A stretch of DNA of 64,000 bases. Source: Deinococcus sp. (GTDB lineage: Bacteria > Deinococcota > Deinococci > Deinococcales > Deinococcaceae). Below the pieces are notes generated by a model that worked only from the letters and a program-made list of their open reading frames with translations, was not told where the DNA came from and ran no database searches. Where the stretch lies: assembly GCA_965261005.1 (NCBI GenBank), contig OZ253375.1:2144001-2208000 (forward strand), written 5' to 3'. Below are positions 1 through 11,730 of this stretch, piece after piece (position 1 is the first letter of the stretch; each line of letters starts with the position of its first letter). A program made the position numbers and the translations under genes.

Positions 1-269
1 GCCGGGTTGGGCCGCAGTGGCACCTTATTCTGTAAATACTCCAGCGCCCCGCCCGGCACGTTCTCGAACTCCAGCGTGACGGCGTCGCACCCGGCCAAGC
101 GGTCGAGCGCGGCGCGGTCGTCGTAAGGGGCGGCGAGGTGCTCGGCCGCGAGGCGCGCGGGCGCGGCTGGGTCCGGGTCGAGGGCGACCACCCGCACGCC
201 CAGCGGGGCCGCCGCTTGGGCCAGCATCTGCGCGAGTTGCCCGCCGCCCAACACGCCGAGGGTTGTCAT
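1..269 (-). CDS. purK: N5-carboxyaminoimidazole ribonucleotide synthase, 5' part (runs off the window)
   Basis: Frame absent from the ORF track reads MTTLGVLGGGQLAQMLAQAA...CDAVTLEFENVP (GGGQL and T-x-EFENVP motifs); directly downstream of purE. Confidence 0.93.
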   Translation of the reverse strand, partial: MTTLGVLGGGQLAQMLAQAAAPLGVRVVALDPDPAAPARLAAEHLAAPYDDRAALDRLAGCDAVTLEFENVPGGALEYLQNKVPLRPNP

Positions 270-280
270 AGGTCTCCCCT

Positions 281-805
281 TCACACATCCCCCGCGAAGG
301 GATAGCCCTCAAAGGCGGCGTCCTCCAGCACCGCCCGCGTTTGCCGGGCGCGAAAGGCGTCCAGCTTGGCGCGCACGCCCGCGTCTTCCCCCGCCAAGAG
401 GGCCGCCGCGAACAGGGCCGCGTTCTTGGCCCCCGCCCGCCCGATGGCGAAGGTCGCCACCGGCACGCCGCCTGGCATTTGCACGATGGAGAGCAGCGAG
501 TCGAGACCCGACAGGGCGCGCGACTCCACCGGCACGCCCAACACCGGCACGCGGGTAAAGGCCGACAGCATGCCCGGCAGGTGGGCCGCCCCGCCCGCCC
601 CAGCGATAATGGCGCGCAGTTCCAGCCGCTCGGCCCGCGCCGCGTAGCGCTCCAGCAGCTGCGGCGTTCGGTGCGCCGAGAGAACTCGCGCCTCGCAGGG
701 AATATCCAGATCGGTCAGCAGGTCGAGGGCGGGCCGCAGCGTCTCGAAGTCGCTGCGGCTGCCCATCACCACGCCGACTCGGGGGCCGACTTCGGGAGAG
801 GTCAC
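281..805 (-). CDS. purE: N5-CAIR mutase
   Basis: VMGSRSD, SAHRTP, AGAGGAAHLPGM, SLLSIVQMPGGVPVAT motifs. Confidence 0.97.
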   Translation of the reverse strand: MTSPEVGPRVGVVMGSRSDFETLRPALDLLTDLDIPCEARVLSAHRTPQLLERYAARAERLELRAIIAGAGGAAHLPGMLSAFTRVPVLGVPVESRALSGLDSLLSIVQMPGGVPVATFAIGRAGAKNAALFAAALLAGEDAGVRAKLDAFRARQTRAVLEDAAFEGYPFAGDV

Positions 806-828
806 GCCGGCATCATAGAGAACGGCCG

Positions 829-1986
829 CTACTCGCTGTCCAGCAGCGCCCCGGCCACCTTGAGGGCGGCATCCACCGTGCCGTCAATCAGGGCGGGGTC
901 GGCCAGCTTGTCCCCCGGCTGGTGGTAGTTGGGGTCCACGCCCCGGTGAAAGAACAGCGCGGGCACGCCAGCGTTCAGAAAGCTGGCGTGGTCGCTGTTG
1001 CCGCCGTCCTGAAAGATTTTGAGGCCCGGCACGGTCTTTTGGGCGAGCGTGCCCAGCTGCCGGTCGCCGCCCACCGCCAGCGGCGTGACGTTCACGCCGA
1101 CCATGTCGAAGTTGAACATGGCCTTTAGGCCCGCCGTCTTCTCGTCTGATACAAAAGCGCGCGAGCCGCGCAACCCGTCCTCCTCGCCGTCGAACAGCAC
1201 GAAGACGCTCTTTTGCGCCAGCGGCGTGTTTTGGGCGCGGCGGGCGAGTTCCAGTACCGCCACGCTGCCCGAGGCGTTGTCGTTGGCCCCCGGAGACTTC
1301 GTCACGCTGTCGAGGTGCGCCCCGAACAGCAGCTGCGGCGCGGTTCCGCTCATCTGGGCGATCACGTTCACCCCACGCACGTCCGCCGAGCGTACCCGCA
1401 CGCTCAGCTTGGCCGCCGCGCCGTCCGAGAGCCGCGCGCCCACGTCCTGGCTGACGCCCAGCACCGGCAGCGCCACCGACTCGCCGAGGGTGCCGCGCAC
1501 GTCGCCGGGCACGTTGTTCACCACGATCAAACCGAGGGCGCCCGCTTGGGTCGCGTTGCGCGCCTTTTCCGCGAAGGGAATTTGGCCGCGCGCCACCACC
1601 GCGATCTTGCCGCGCACGTCCGCGCCCGCGAAGTCCTGCGAATTGCCCAGCCCTGGCACGCGGGCCAGGGGGGCGCTGACCTCACCGCCTTTGGTGCCCT
1701 GAAGCGCGAGGCCGCTCAAAGTTTGGCCGCTGGGGGTTTGGTCGCCGAGGGACACGTCCGAGCCGAGGTCGTCGAAGCGGGGGTAGGAAAAGGTCTCGCG
1801 GCGCACGCTGTAGCCGGCCGCGCGCAACTGCGCCTCCACGTAGGCGCGCGCCCGCTCGCCGGCCTCGGAGCCGGCCACGCGCGGGCCGTAGGTGGAGAGC
1901 GCTTGCAGATCGGCGGCGGCGCCCGCGAGGGCGGAAGACAGCAGCAGCGGCGCGATCAGGGCGGCGCGTAAGGCGAAGGGAGTCAT
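829..1986 (-). CDS. Secreted M28-family aminopeptidase with PA domain
   Basis: Signal peptide; PA-domain GKIAVVARG; GAHLDSV, GANDNASG, GEE, NFDMVG, SDH, YH metal-site motifs. Confidence 0.9.
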   Translation of the reverse strand: MTPFALRAALIAPLLLSSALAGAAADLQALSTYGPRVAGSEAGERARAYVEAQLRAAGYSVRRETFSYPRFDDLGSDVSLGDQTPSGQTLSGLALQGTKGGEVSAPLARVPGLGNSQDFAGADVRGKIAVVARGQIPFAEKARNATQAGALGLIVVNNVPGDVRGTLGESVALPVLGVSQDVGARLSDGAAAKLSVRVRSADVRGVNVIAQMSGTAPQLLFGAHLDSVTKSPGANDNASGSVAVLELARRAQNTPLAQKSVFVLFDGEEDGLRGSRAFVSDEKTAGLKAMFNFDMVGVNVTPLAVGGDRQLGTLAQKTVPGLKIFQDGGNSDHASFLNAGVPALFFHRGVDPNYHQPGDKLADPALIDGTVDAALKVAGALLDSE

Positions 1987-2048
1987 ACCTGATTAAAGCG
2001 TGCCCAGGTGTGAATTGCTCCCGGCTGGAGTAGATTGACGCCAAGTTT

Positions 2049-4154
2049 ATGTCGCGCCCGTCCGACCGCTTCAAACGCTGGCTGTTCGCTTCCGCGCCGG
2101 GCAGCGGGGCCTTTGGGGGCGTCTCACCGACGCCCGAGGGTTTGTATGAGCGAGAAGGCGGCGCGCGGCGCGTCTACCCGTGGTGGCAGGCGCTGTGCCT
2201 GATGGGCGCGGGCTATTTTTCCACCCTCAGCTACCTGCCGAGCATCGCCTTTTTGGCGGCCGGCGCCCTCAGCCCGCTCGCGACGCTGGTGTTGGTGCTG
2301 GCGACCTTGTTCGGCGCCCTGCCGGTGTATCGCCGGGTCGCCCAGGGCAGTTCGCACGGCGGCGGCTCCCTCAGCATGTTGGAGCGGCTGCTGCCGTTTT
2401 GGCAAGGCAAGCTGCTGGTGTTGGCGCTGCTGGGCTTTCTGGTGACCGACCTGGTGCTGACGGTCACGCTGTCGGCGGCGGACGCGGCGGCCCACCTCGC
2501 CGAAAACCCGTGGCTGAGTTCGTGGCTGGGCGCCCGCCACATCGCCGTGACGGTGGTGATCGTGGCGCTCTTGGGGACCGTCTTTTTGTGGGGCGTGCGG
2601 CAGCTGGTGGGCGTGGCGGTGGCGCTGGTCGCGGCCTACCTGGTTCTGAGCGGCGGGGTGATCGTCCACGGCCTGCTGGAGATCGCCGCGCGCCCGGACC
2701 TGCTCGCTTCCTGGCAACCGGAATTGGGGCGGGGCGGCCTGAACTTGCCGGGGCTGAACTTATCGGGGCTGGCGCTCGCGGCGGCGCTGTTGCTGCCCCG
2801 CTTGTCGGTGGGGTTTTCGGGCTTCGAGACCGGCGTGGCCGTGATGCCCCTCGTGCGCGGCGATTCGGATGACGCGCCCAGCCGGCCCAGGGGGCGCATT
2901 CGCAACACCCGCACCCTGCTGACGGTCGCCGCCCTGATCATGGGCCTGTTTTTGCTGGGCGCCAGCACCGTCACCACCCTGCTGATCCCGCCGGCGGCCT
3001 TTCAAAACGCCGCCGATACCCCGCGTCCGGCGCGCGAGTGCCGCGACCCCGGCTTACAGGCGCAGGCGCGCGCGGGGGGACAAACCCTGCGGCTGACGGG
3101 CGAACGCTGCGTGCTGTACGCCCCTGCCGGCGCGGCCAACGGGCGCGCCTTGGCGTACTTGGCCCACCGCGATTTGGGCGCCGTCTACGGTGGCCTGTTC
3201 GATCTGGTGACGGTCCTGATCCTGGGCCTGGCGGGCGCCAGCGCGCTGGCCGCGCTGCTCAACGTCGTGCCGCGCTACTTGCCGCGCTACGGCATGGCGC
3301 CCGAGTGGGCGGGCGCGAACCGCCCGCTGGTGCTGCTGTTCACGGGAATCGCCCTCGTGATCACGTTGCTGTACCGCGCGGACGTGAACGCGCAGGCCGG
3401 CGCCTACGCCACCGGCGTGCTGGTGCTGATCACGGCGGCGGCCGTCGCCGCCGCCCTGGCCTCGGCGCGGCGCTTCGAGCGCGCTCCGGCGCTGTTTTAC
3501 GGCGCCGTCGCGCTGATCTTCGGCCTGACCACCCTCGCCAACTTCGTCGAGCGGCCCGAGGGGTGGCGCATCGCCTCGGTCTTTATCGTGGCCATCGTCG
3601 CGCTGTCCATCGTGTCGCGTGCGGCGCGCGCCACCGAGCTGCGCGTGGAGCGCGTCGAACTCGACCGCGCCGCCGAGCGCATCCTGATCGGCGCCGGGGG
3701 CCGGCCCATCCGCTTCGTCGCCCACCATCCGCAGGGCGACGGGGACGGGGTGGAGGACGGGCCGGCCGAATACCGCTTCAAGGTCGCCGAGGCCCGCTGG
3801 GGCGTGCACGTGCCCGAGGAAGACCCCCTGGTCTTCGTGGAGGTGCAGATTGAGGACGCCTCCGAGTTCGGGGGCGTGCTGGAGGTGGAGGGCCGCGAGG
3901 TCGCCGGCTACCAAGTGTTGCGCGCGCGCGGCAGCTCGGTGCCCAACGCCATCGCCGCGCTGCTGCTGTTCGTGCGCGACGCCACCGGCGCCGTACCCCA
4001 CGTCTACTTCGGCTGGAACGAAAACGGCCCCCTCCAGAACGCGGCGCGCTTCGTGCTGGGTGGCCAAGGGGACGTGGCCCTGGTCACGCACGAAATCCTG
4101 CGCCTGGCCGAACACGACCGCCCCAAGCGCCCGAGGGTCCACTTGGGGGGATAG
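2049..4154 (+). CDS. APC-superfamily amino acid/cation permease with cytoplasmic C-terminal domain
   Basis: About 11-12 hydrophobic segments; GYFSTLSY and FSGFETG motifs typical of APC permeases. Confidence 0.8.
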   Translation: MSRPSDRFKRWLFASAPGSGAFGGVSPTPEGLYEREGGARRVYPWWQALCLMGAGYFSTLSYLPSIAFLAAGALSPLATLVLVLATLFGALPVYRRVAQGSSHGGGSLSMLERLLPFWQGKLLVLALLGFLVTDLVLTVTLSAADAAAHLAENPWLSSWLGARHIAVTVVIVALLGTVFLWGVRQLVGVAVALVAAYLVLSGGVIVHGLLEIAARPDLLASWQPELGRGGLNLPGLNLSGLALAAALLLPRLSVGFSGFETGVAVMPLVRGDSDDAPSRPRGRIRNTRTLLTVAALIMGLFLLGASTVTTLLIPPAAFQNAADTPRPARECRDPGLQAQARAGGQTLRLTGERCVLYAPAGAANGRALAYLAHRDLGAVYGGLFDLVTVLILGLAGASALAALLNVVPRYLPRYGMAPEWAGANRPLVLLFTGIALVITLLYRADVNAQAGAYATGVLVLITAAAVAAALASARRFERAPALFYGAVALIFGLTTLANFVERPEGWRIASVFIVAIVALSIVSRAARATELRVERVELDRAAERILIGAGGRPIRFVAHHPQGDGDGVEDGPAEYRFKVAEARWGVHVPEEDPLVFVEVQIEDASEFGGVLEVEGREVAGYQVLRARGSSVPNAIAALLLFVRDATGAVPHVYFGWNENGPLQNAARFVLGGQGDVALVTHEILRLAEHDRPKRPRVHLGG

Positions 4155-4632
4155 AATCAAAGAGTTCCTAATTTTATCGTTAAATGTTCTGGTTGAAAGC
4201 AAAAGAGGGGCGATCAATGAAAGCAAGCGTCTGTGCAATTTATTTTGGTCTCGCCCTGACGGTCTTGAACGTCGTCGCCGAAGCTCAAGGAAGTGAGCCA
4301 GTAAGGTGTAAAAATCCTCAAGAATTGTACAAAGCTGTAGAGGAAGACTTTACATCTTACTATCAAGAAAGCAAAGAATACCAATTGTGGCGTGATAACA
4401 ACATCTATGCTGGACAGTCGAGAGAAAATGAGGGGGCTACAATCTACTATCTCGACAAAGGTAAAATAAATATCGCGGAACTTAAAAAACTGGAAGATGA
4501 GGCCAAAAGCCTTTTTCCCGACGCCAAGTTCTTTAAGCCTATTCTGGGCATTAACTGGGCGACGGGCATAAAGCTTATGAATTTTTTAGGTGTTGCTAGC
4601 ACCTGTGGATTTACCCCTGATGAAGAATTGAC

Positions 4633-5797
4633 CTCAGTACCCGACAGGTAGGGTCGGTGGCATCTGAAGGGCCGGGAAGAGGAGGGCCAGACAAGACCTG
4701 GCGCGCTCAAGGTTCCACTTGAGGGCGTCCACAAGCAGATCGAGGCCGGTCAGGAAGGTGCTCTTGGCTTTGCGCCCGTGCGTTTTGAGCCGTACGGGCG
4801 CCTCCTGTTCCCGCACCAGACCGACCAGCAGCGCCCAGACGAAGGCGACCGTGAGCAAGCTGACCAGCGTTTCGATGCGGGCAGGGTCGGTCATGTGGGT
4901 CGCCTCCAGATTGAGGCCGCGCAGTTTGTAAGCGCCGAAGGTGCATTCGATGGACCAGCGCGACCGGTAGCGCTCACAGGTGTCGAACAGCGAGAGGTCC
5001 GAGGCGATCACCACCCGCTCGCCCTCGCTAGACAGCGTGGCAACCACCTGCATCTCAGCGCCGTAGACCACCTCTTTGTCGAGCAGGCCGCGCACCTCGC
5101 CGGGCGTCAGGTGTGCAAAGGCGTCTCGAACCGCGATGTCATCGAGCAGGGTGTCCTCACGAATGCGGATGCAGCGCTTGAGCCGTCGTTGTTCCAGGGC
5201 CGCGAACCAGTCTTTGCCCACGAACTCACGGTCGGCCAGCAGCACCGCAATGCGCTGTGCGGGAATGACGCTCAGCAGCCGGTCGAGCAGCGCGATGCGC
5301 GCGGCAGTCGAACTGGCGCCGCCGTGGTCCAGCACGTCCCACACCAAGGGGAGAGCGTAGCCAGCAAACACCGCCCCAATCACCAAGATGTTGTGATCAT
5401 ATTGCCCATAGCGCCAGTTGGTGCGGTCCATCGCGAGCGTCAACTTGCCGCTCCCCAACAGCGGCAGGATCAGTTGGGCGGCCTCGTGCTGAGTGAAGGT
5501 CGCTGCGGCGAAGAAGCGGGCGACGCGACGTTCTTTGCTTTCGGGTCGGGCGTCACCCGGCAAGTGCTGGGCGAGTTTGCGGTGAGTGACGTGCTGGGCG
5601 TGGACGGTAGCGAGCAACATATCGGCGAGACGAGCGCGCTGGTCAGAGCGGCGTCCGGGCAGGTGTTGCGCGACGAGCGCGCGCAGGGTAGCGTCAGTGG
5701 TGCCGGGGGGCTGGGTACTCATCAACCACAGTTTGCCCCGGCTCTGCTGTCTCTCCTCGTGTCACACAACCTTTAGACCTTCCTGTCGGGTACTGAG
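4633..5797 (-). mobile_element. IS4-family insertion sequence, apparently intact (1165 bp)
   Basis: Perfect 16-bp IRs CTCAGTACCCGACAGG (4633-4648) / CCTGTCGGGTACTGAG (5782-5797); 9-bp target duplication AGAATTGAC at 4624-4632 and 5798-5806. Confidence 0.95.
4634..5725 (-). CDS. IS4-family DDE transposase
   Basis: MDRTNW, ADREF and Y-x2-R-W-x-IE-x6-K (YREK) signature; stop lies in the IR. Confidence 0.93.
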   Translation of the reverse strand: MMSTQPPGTTDATLRALVAQHLPGRRSDQRARLADMLLATVHAQHVTHRKLAQHLPGDARPESKERRVARFFAAATFTQHEAAQLILPLLGSGKLTLAMDRTNWRYGQYDHNILVIGAVFAGYALPLVWDVLDHGGASSTAARIALLDRLLSVIPAQRIAVLLADREFVGKDWFAALEQRRLKRCIRIREDTLLDDIAVRDAFAHLTPGEVRGLLDKEVVYGAEMQVVATLSSEGERVVIASDLSLFDTCERYRSRWSIECTFGAYKLRGLNLEATHMTDPARIETLVSLLTVAFVWALLVGLVREQEAPVRLKTHGRKAKSTFLTGLDLLVDALKWNLERARSCLALLFPALQMPPTLPVGY

Positions 5798-5985
5798 AGA
5801 ATTGACTTACTTCGACCCAACTATAAACAAGGTCGGAATCATTTTAGAGAAAATAAATCAGAAAGATGAAGTCATGAAATTCTTGGAATCTCAGAATATC
5901 TCGCCGTCAAATTTTATCTTCGGCGAAGGTAAACTCAACCCAAGATAGAGCATTGAGTTTATAAGAAATCTTTTGATAAAAAGTT

Positions 5986-6930
5986 TTAGGGCAGCCGCAG
6001 CCTCAGCTTCTCCCAAAGCACCTCTTGGACGAGGGCGCGGGTTTGATTCTGGCGCAAACTCAGACTCTGCGCGCCCCCGGTCGTGTTGGTCGTGAAGTCC
6101 AGATTGTAAAAGCCGGTCGCCATGACCGCGTTGCCTTTGGGAACGACGTTGTAAGCAAAGGCGCCGGTGCTGAGAATTTTGCCGCTCTTCCAGCCCCGGC
6201 CGCTCAGGGCCGCCTTGACGGCGTTTGGAAAGCTGAAGGTGCCGTCGTCCCTCGCGAAGCACAGAAACGAGAACGAGGTGTCCGGCGCAGTTTGACTGAT
6301 AGAGAACAGCACGACCGTGTCGGCGCGCCCGCTCGGGTTCGACCACCTGAAGACGGTGTCCGGGGTAACGGTCCTGTCAATGGCAGGCGCAGTCAGCTTC
6401 ACCTTTTGAGGGGTGGGCGGAAAGCTGGCCGTGAAGGCGGGAAAGCCGTCCGGGGCGCCCGGCACCTGAACGCTCAGCTGGGAAGGCAGGTTGGGCAGGG
6501 GCGTGGTGCCGTCGCCGTAGAGAATATCGCCGTTCTGGCTCTGTTTGGGCAGGGTCGTGTAGGTCTGCGCCCCACTCTTGAGGATCAGCTTGGACCCCGC
6601 GTCCAACGTCGGCGCGCTCTGTGGCGTGTCAATTGGGTCGGGCTGGGTGGGGTTGCCGAGTTGACAGCTGTCGGGAATGTCCGAGTTGGCCAAGCTGGGC
6701 GGGGCATTCCTGAAGGAGGCGGTGTTGAACACGCCGCTGCCAACCGTCTGGGTCTGCTCCCCGCCGCCAAGAACGCTGCTATAGCGCGACAGGACGACCG
6801 CGCCCGTCTTGGTGTACGTTGTTGCGCCGCCCCCATTCCCGGTTCCCGCATCCGGCGGTGTGACCGTCACGCCACAGGCGGCGAGAACCAGCGTGAGTCC
6901 GGCACATCCGATCATCCATTTTGCGCGCAT
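5986..6930 (-). CDS. Lipoprotein of unknown function
   Basis: Lipobox LAAC after a basic/hydrophobic N-terminus; Thr/Pro/Gly-rich beta-type body. Confidence 0.75.
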   Translation of the reverse strand: MRAKWMIGCAGLTLVLAACGVTVTPPDAGTGNGGGATTYTKTGAVVLSRYSSVLGGGEQTQTVGSGVFNTASFRNAPPSLANSDIPDSCQLGNPTQPDPIDTPQSAPTLDAGSKLILKSGAQTYTTLPKQSQNGDILYGDGTTPLPNLPSQLSVQVPGAPDGFPAFTASFPPTPQKVKLTAPAIDRTVTPDTVFRWSNPSGRADTVVLFSISQTAPDTSFSFLCFARDDGTFSFPNAVKAALSGRGWKSGKILSTGAFAYNVVPKGNAVMATGFYNLDFTTNTTGGAQSLSLRQNQTRALVQEVLWEKLRLRLP

Positions 6931-7030
6931 GCTCCCACCCTAGCGGCCCCCGCCTGACGGACCGCCCCCGCGCGGATGAACCCCAATTTTCCGCCCTTTC
7001 ACGTCCCGTCAGCCGCGCTAGACTGCCCCG

Positions 7031-8833
<1,803 letters not shown>

Positions 8834-8885
8834 GCGAGGGGAAGAAGCCCCAGATGAGCTGAGGCTCAAGCGCTAGCATACTTTT

Positions 8886-9920
8886 ATGGCGCGCCCGAAC
8901 TCAGCTTGGCGGCGGCTGCGCGAGCCGGTGCAGGCGGTCAGCTTGCGCGCCCAGTTCGCGCTGGTGATCGGGCTGCTCTCCTTTTTGCCCAACGTGGTGA
9001 TCGTGCTGGCGCTGACCCGGCTGGGCAACTTGGTGGACCTCAACGCCGTGGTCGCCTGGCTGCTGCTGGTGGCCGTTATCTCCGGGGCGGTGGGCTACGC
9101 GCTGTCGTCGGCGCTGCTGCGCCCGCTGTCGCGCCTGACGGGGGAGGTCAACGCCGGGCGCCCCGGAGAAGGTTGGGACGACGACCCCGGCGAGGTGCGC
9201 TCCTTGCGCGGCGCCTTTGCGCGGCTGCTCTTTCGGCTCGGCCAGGAGCAGGACCGCCGCAACGCCTTTGTGGCGACCCTGGTCCACGACCTCAAGACGC
9301 CGCTGATCGCCACCGGCCACCTGGTCGGGGCGCTGCGCGATGTGCCGATGGGGGCGGGGGAGCGCGCCGAGGTGGCCGGGCAACTCCTCGACGAGAACGC
9401 CCGTTTGCTGCACCTGGTTCAGCAGATGGCCGACGCCCACAGGTTCGAGCGGGGCGGCGTGCCCATGCGCCGCGCGCCGCTGGACCTGGCCGAGTTGGGG
9501 GCACGGCTGCTGGCGCGCTTTGGGGTGCGCGCCGGGGAGCGGGGCCTGTTGCTCTCGCTCTCGGGCGGCGGTCAGGTGAGCGCCGACGCCGGGCAACTCG
9601 ACCGCGCGCTGTCCAATTTGCTCGACAATGCCGTGCGCTACGCGGCGGGGGAAGTGAGGCTCGACCTGTCCCCGGGGCGCCTTGAGGTGCGCGACGACGG
9701 CCCCGGCCTGCCAGAAGCGCTGCACCAGCTGGCCCAGCCCTTCAACGCCCAGCCCGCCCTGATCGCCGGCCAGCCCTACACCGCCGGCACCGCCGGCCTC
9801 GGCCTCTTCATCGCGCGCAGCGTCGCCGAGGCGCACGGCGGCTACCTGACCTACCGCCGCGAGGCGGGCTGGAGCGTGTTCGAGCTGGATTTGGGCGAGA
9901 TCGATCTGGGAGGCAAGTGA
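8886..9920 (+). CDS. Sensor histidine kinase (2 TM, HAMP-like linker, HisKA, HATPase)
   Basis: HDLKTPL H-box, NLLDNAVRY N-box, DDGPG, GLGLFI. Confidence 0.92.
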   Translation: MARPNSAWRRLREPVQAVSLRAQFALVIGLLSFLPNVVIVLALTRLGNLVDLNAVVAWLLLVAVISGAVGYALSSALLRPLSRLTGEVNAGRPGEGWDDDPGEVRSLRGAFARLLFRLGQEQDRRNAFVATLVHDLKTPLIATGHLVGALRDVPMGAGERAEVAGQLLDENARLLHLVQQMADAHRFERGGVPMRRAPLDLAELGARLLARFGVRAGERGLLLSLSGGGQVSADAGQLDRALSNLLDNAVRYAAGEVRLDLSPGRLEVRDDGPGLPEALHQLAQPFNAQPALIAGQPYTAGTAGLGLFIARSVAEAHGGYLTYRREAGWSVFELDLGEIDLGGK

Positions 9921-10501
9921 ATATCCTGATCGCCGACGACCACCCGCTGTTTCGCATGGGGCTGCGCTACGCGCTGGGCGCGCAGGGCTTCACGGTGGTC
10001 GCCGAGGCGGCCGGCGGTGAGGAGGCTGTGACGGCCTGTCTGGAAACAAATCCCGACGTGGCCCTCTTCGACGTCAAGATGCCGGGCATCAGCGGCGTCG
10101 AGGCGTGCGCCCGCGTGGTGCGCCAGCGGCCGGCCCTCAGCGTGGTGCTGATCTCCACCTTCGCCGAGCCGGCCATTATCGCCGCCGCCCGTCAGGCCGG
10201 GGCGCGCGGCTACCTCTCCAAGGAGACCGACCCCGCCGACCTCGCCCGGACGTTGCGGCGCATCGTGGCCGAGCCAGAGCGCGACTGGCTGCCGAGAACC
10301 GACCTGCCCGCCCTCACGCCGCGCGAGCGCGAGGTGCTGGCCCTGCTCGCGCTCGGCCACAGCAACAAGGTGATCGCCCGCGACCTCGGCCTCAGCCCCG
10401 ACACCGTCAAGGACCACCTGAGCCGCCTGTTCGCCAAGCTGGGCGAGGGCGACCGGGTGGCGCTGCTCAACCGCGCGCGCGCTTTGGGTCTGATCGGCTG
10501 A
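9917..10501 (+). CDS. NarL/LuxR-family response regulator
   Basis: ADDHPLFR, DVKMP, LTPREREVL...SNKVIA...TVKDHL; start overlaps kinase stop (GTGA). Confidence 0.93.
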   Translation: MNILIADDHPLFRMGLRYALGAQGFTVVAEAAGGEEAVTACLETNPDVALFDVKMPGISGVEACARVVRQRPALSVVLISTFAEPAIIAAARQAGARGYLSKETDPADLARTLRRIVAEPERDWLPRTDLPALTPREREVLALLALGHSNKVIARDLGLSPDTVKDHLSRLFAKLGEGDRVALLNRARALGLIG

Positions 10502-10504
10502 GCG

Positions 10505-11113
10505 CTACAGCTTGAGGCCCAGCGTCAATCCCCACGGATCGCGCGCCAGTTCCTCAAAGCCCAAATGGTGGTAAAAACCGATGGCGCGGGTGTTGCGAAC
10601 CCCCACGCCCAAATGAACCCCCGGCGAGCCGGCCCTCCTGAGGGCGTCCAGCAAAGTTTCGATCAAATGGCGGCCGTTGCCGCCCCTTTGGCCGCGCGGC
10701 AGCAGGTCAATGTGCAGGTGGGAGGGGTAGTCTTCCAGCACGCCCTCCGGTTCCGAGAGGCCCCGGTGGATGATGGCGATTATGCGCTCGTCGGGCGTTC
10801 TCGCTTCTGGCGGCGTGGTAGGGAGCGGGGAGCGCGCCCGCAGGTCCGGCCACCATTCGCGCTCCAGCGTGGCGAAAAAGGCGCGGGTGTCGAGCGCCCC
10901 GATCACGTAGCCGCACACGCCTTGGGCGTCCTCCAGCACGAAGGCGAGGTCCGGCTGAAAGCGGCCGTAGGGGGCGGCGTAGACGTGGCCCAGCAGTTGG
11001 GGGTCCTCATACAGCGCGCTGGCGTCCTCGCCGCTGTCGCCGGTTTCCAGGCAGACGCGGTACAGCGCCGCCTCGTCGCTCACCTGGTAGGGCCGGATGG
11101 TGAAGCCGTTCAC
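10505..11113 (-). CDS. GNAT acetyltransferase
   Basis: HLHIDLLPRGQRGGNG, GVHLGV, NTRAIGFYHHLGF; GTG at 11113 overlaps upstream stop. Confidence 0.88.
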   Translation of the reverse strand: MNGFTIRPYQVSDEAALYRVCLETGDSGEDASALYEDPQLLGHVYAAPYGRFQPDLAFVLEDAQGVCGYVIGALDTRAFFATLEREWWPDLRARSPLPTTPPEARTPDERIIAIIHRGLSEPEGVLEDYPSHLHIDLLPRGQRGGNGRHLIETLLDALRRAGSPGVHLGVGVRNTRAIGFYHHLGFEELARDPWGLTLGLKL

Positions 11114-11640
11114 GCGAGCTGCTCCCACAGCAGCAGTTCGCCGTCTTGGGCGTCCTGCACCTTGCCGGTGCGCGCGAAGCCGCACTTTTCCAGCACCCGT
11201 ATAGAGGCGGCGTTGTCGGGGGCGGTCTTGGCGATCACCCGCCGCACGCCTGAGTGCGCGCGGCCCCAAGCGGTCATGGCGCGCACCATCTCGGTCGCGT
11301 ACCCCTGCCCCCACGCCGAGGCGTTCAGGCCGTAGCCGATCTCGGCCACGCCCCGCGCGTCGGGGCCGCCCTTGAAGCTCATCTGTCCGATGGCGGTCAG
11401 GTCAGCCTTGCGAATCAGGGTGCCGTCCCAGCGGTTGCCGGCGGAACCTTGCCGCGCGAGGTCCCGGAGGTTGGCCTCGCCGGCGCGCAGCATGCCCAGG
11501 TACACCTCGCCCGGCCACCCGGGCGGAAAGTGAACGCGCGTCCCGGCCAACTCGGCGTGGAAGTCGTCGGTTTTTAGGCGGGTCAAAAAGACCTCCGGCG
11601 GCGTGTTCAGCAGCAGCAGGCGTTCGGTTTCGATTCTCAA
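11110..11640 (-). CDS. RimJ/RimL-type GNAT acetyltransferase
   Basis: IETERLLL, EIGYGL...WGQGYATE, NAASIRVLEKCGF; TTG start after GAAGGAG. Confidence 0.9.
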   Translation of the reverse strand: MRIETERLLLLNTPPEVFLTRLKTDDFHAELAGTRVHFPPGWPGEVYLGMLRAGEANLRDLARQGSAGNRWDGTLIRKADLTAIGQMSFKGGPDARGVAEIGYGLNASAWGQGYATEMVRAMTAWGRAHSGVRRVIAKTAPDNAASIRVLEKCGFARTGKVQDAQDGELLLWEQLA

Positions 11641-11730
11641 ACTCGGCTCCTTCAGATCAGCTTGCCACCGTGAGTGGCGCGCTTGTCAAGTCGCGGGCCG
11701 GTTGCTAGCCTTAAAAAGTTGAAATCCCAG

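Larger units (their letters stand above)
4217..5948 (+). pseudogene. AT-rich secreted hypothetical protein (185 aa when reconstructed) split by an IS4-family insertion
   Basis: 4217-4632 joined to 5807-5948 restores one frame (...FTPDEEL-TYFDPTINKVG...KLNPR*); N-terminal signal peptide; purine-rich AGAGGGG upstream. Confidence 0.85.
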
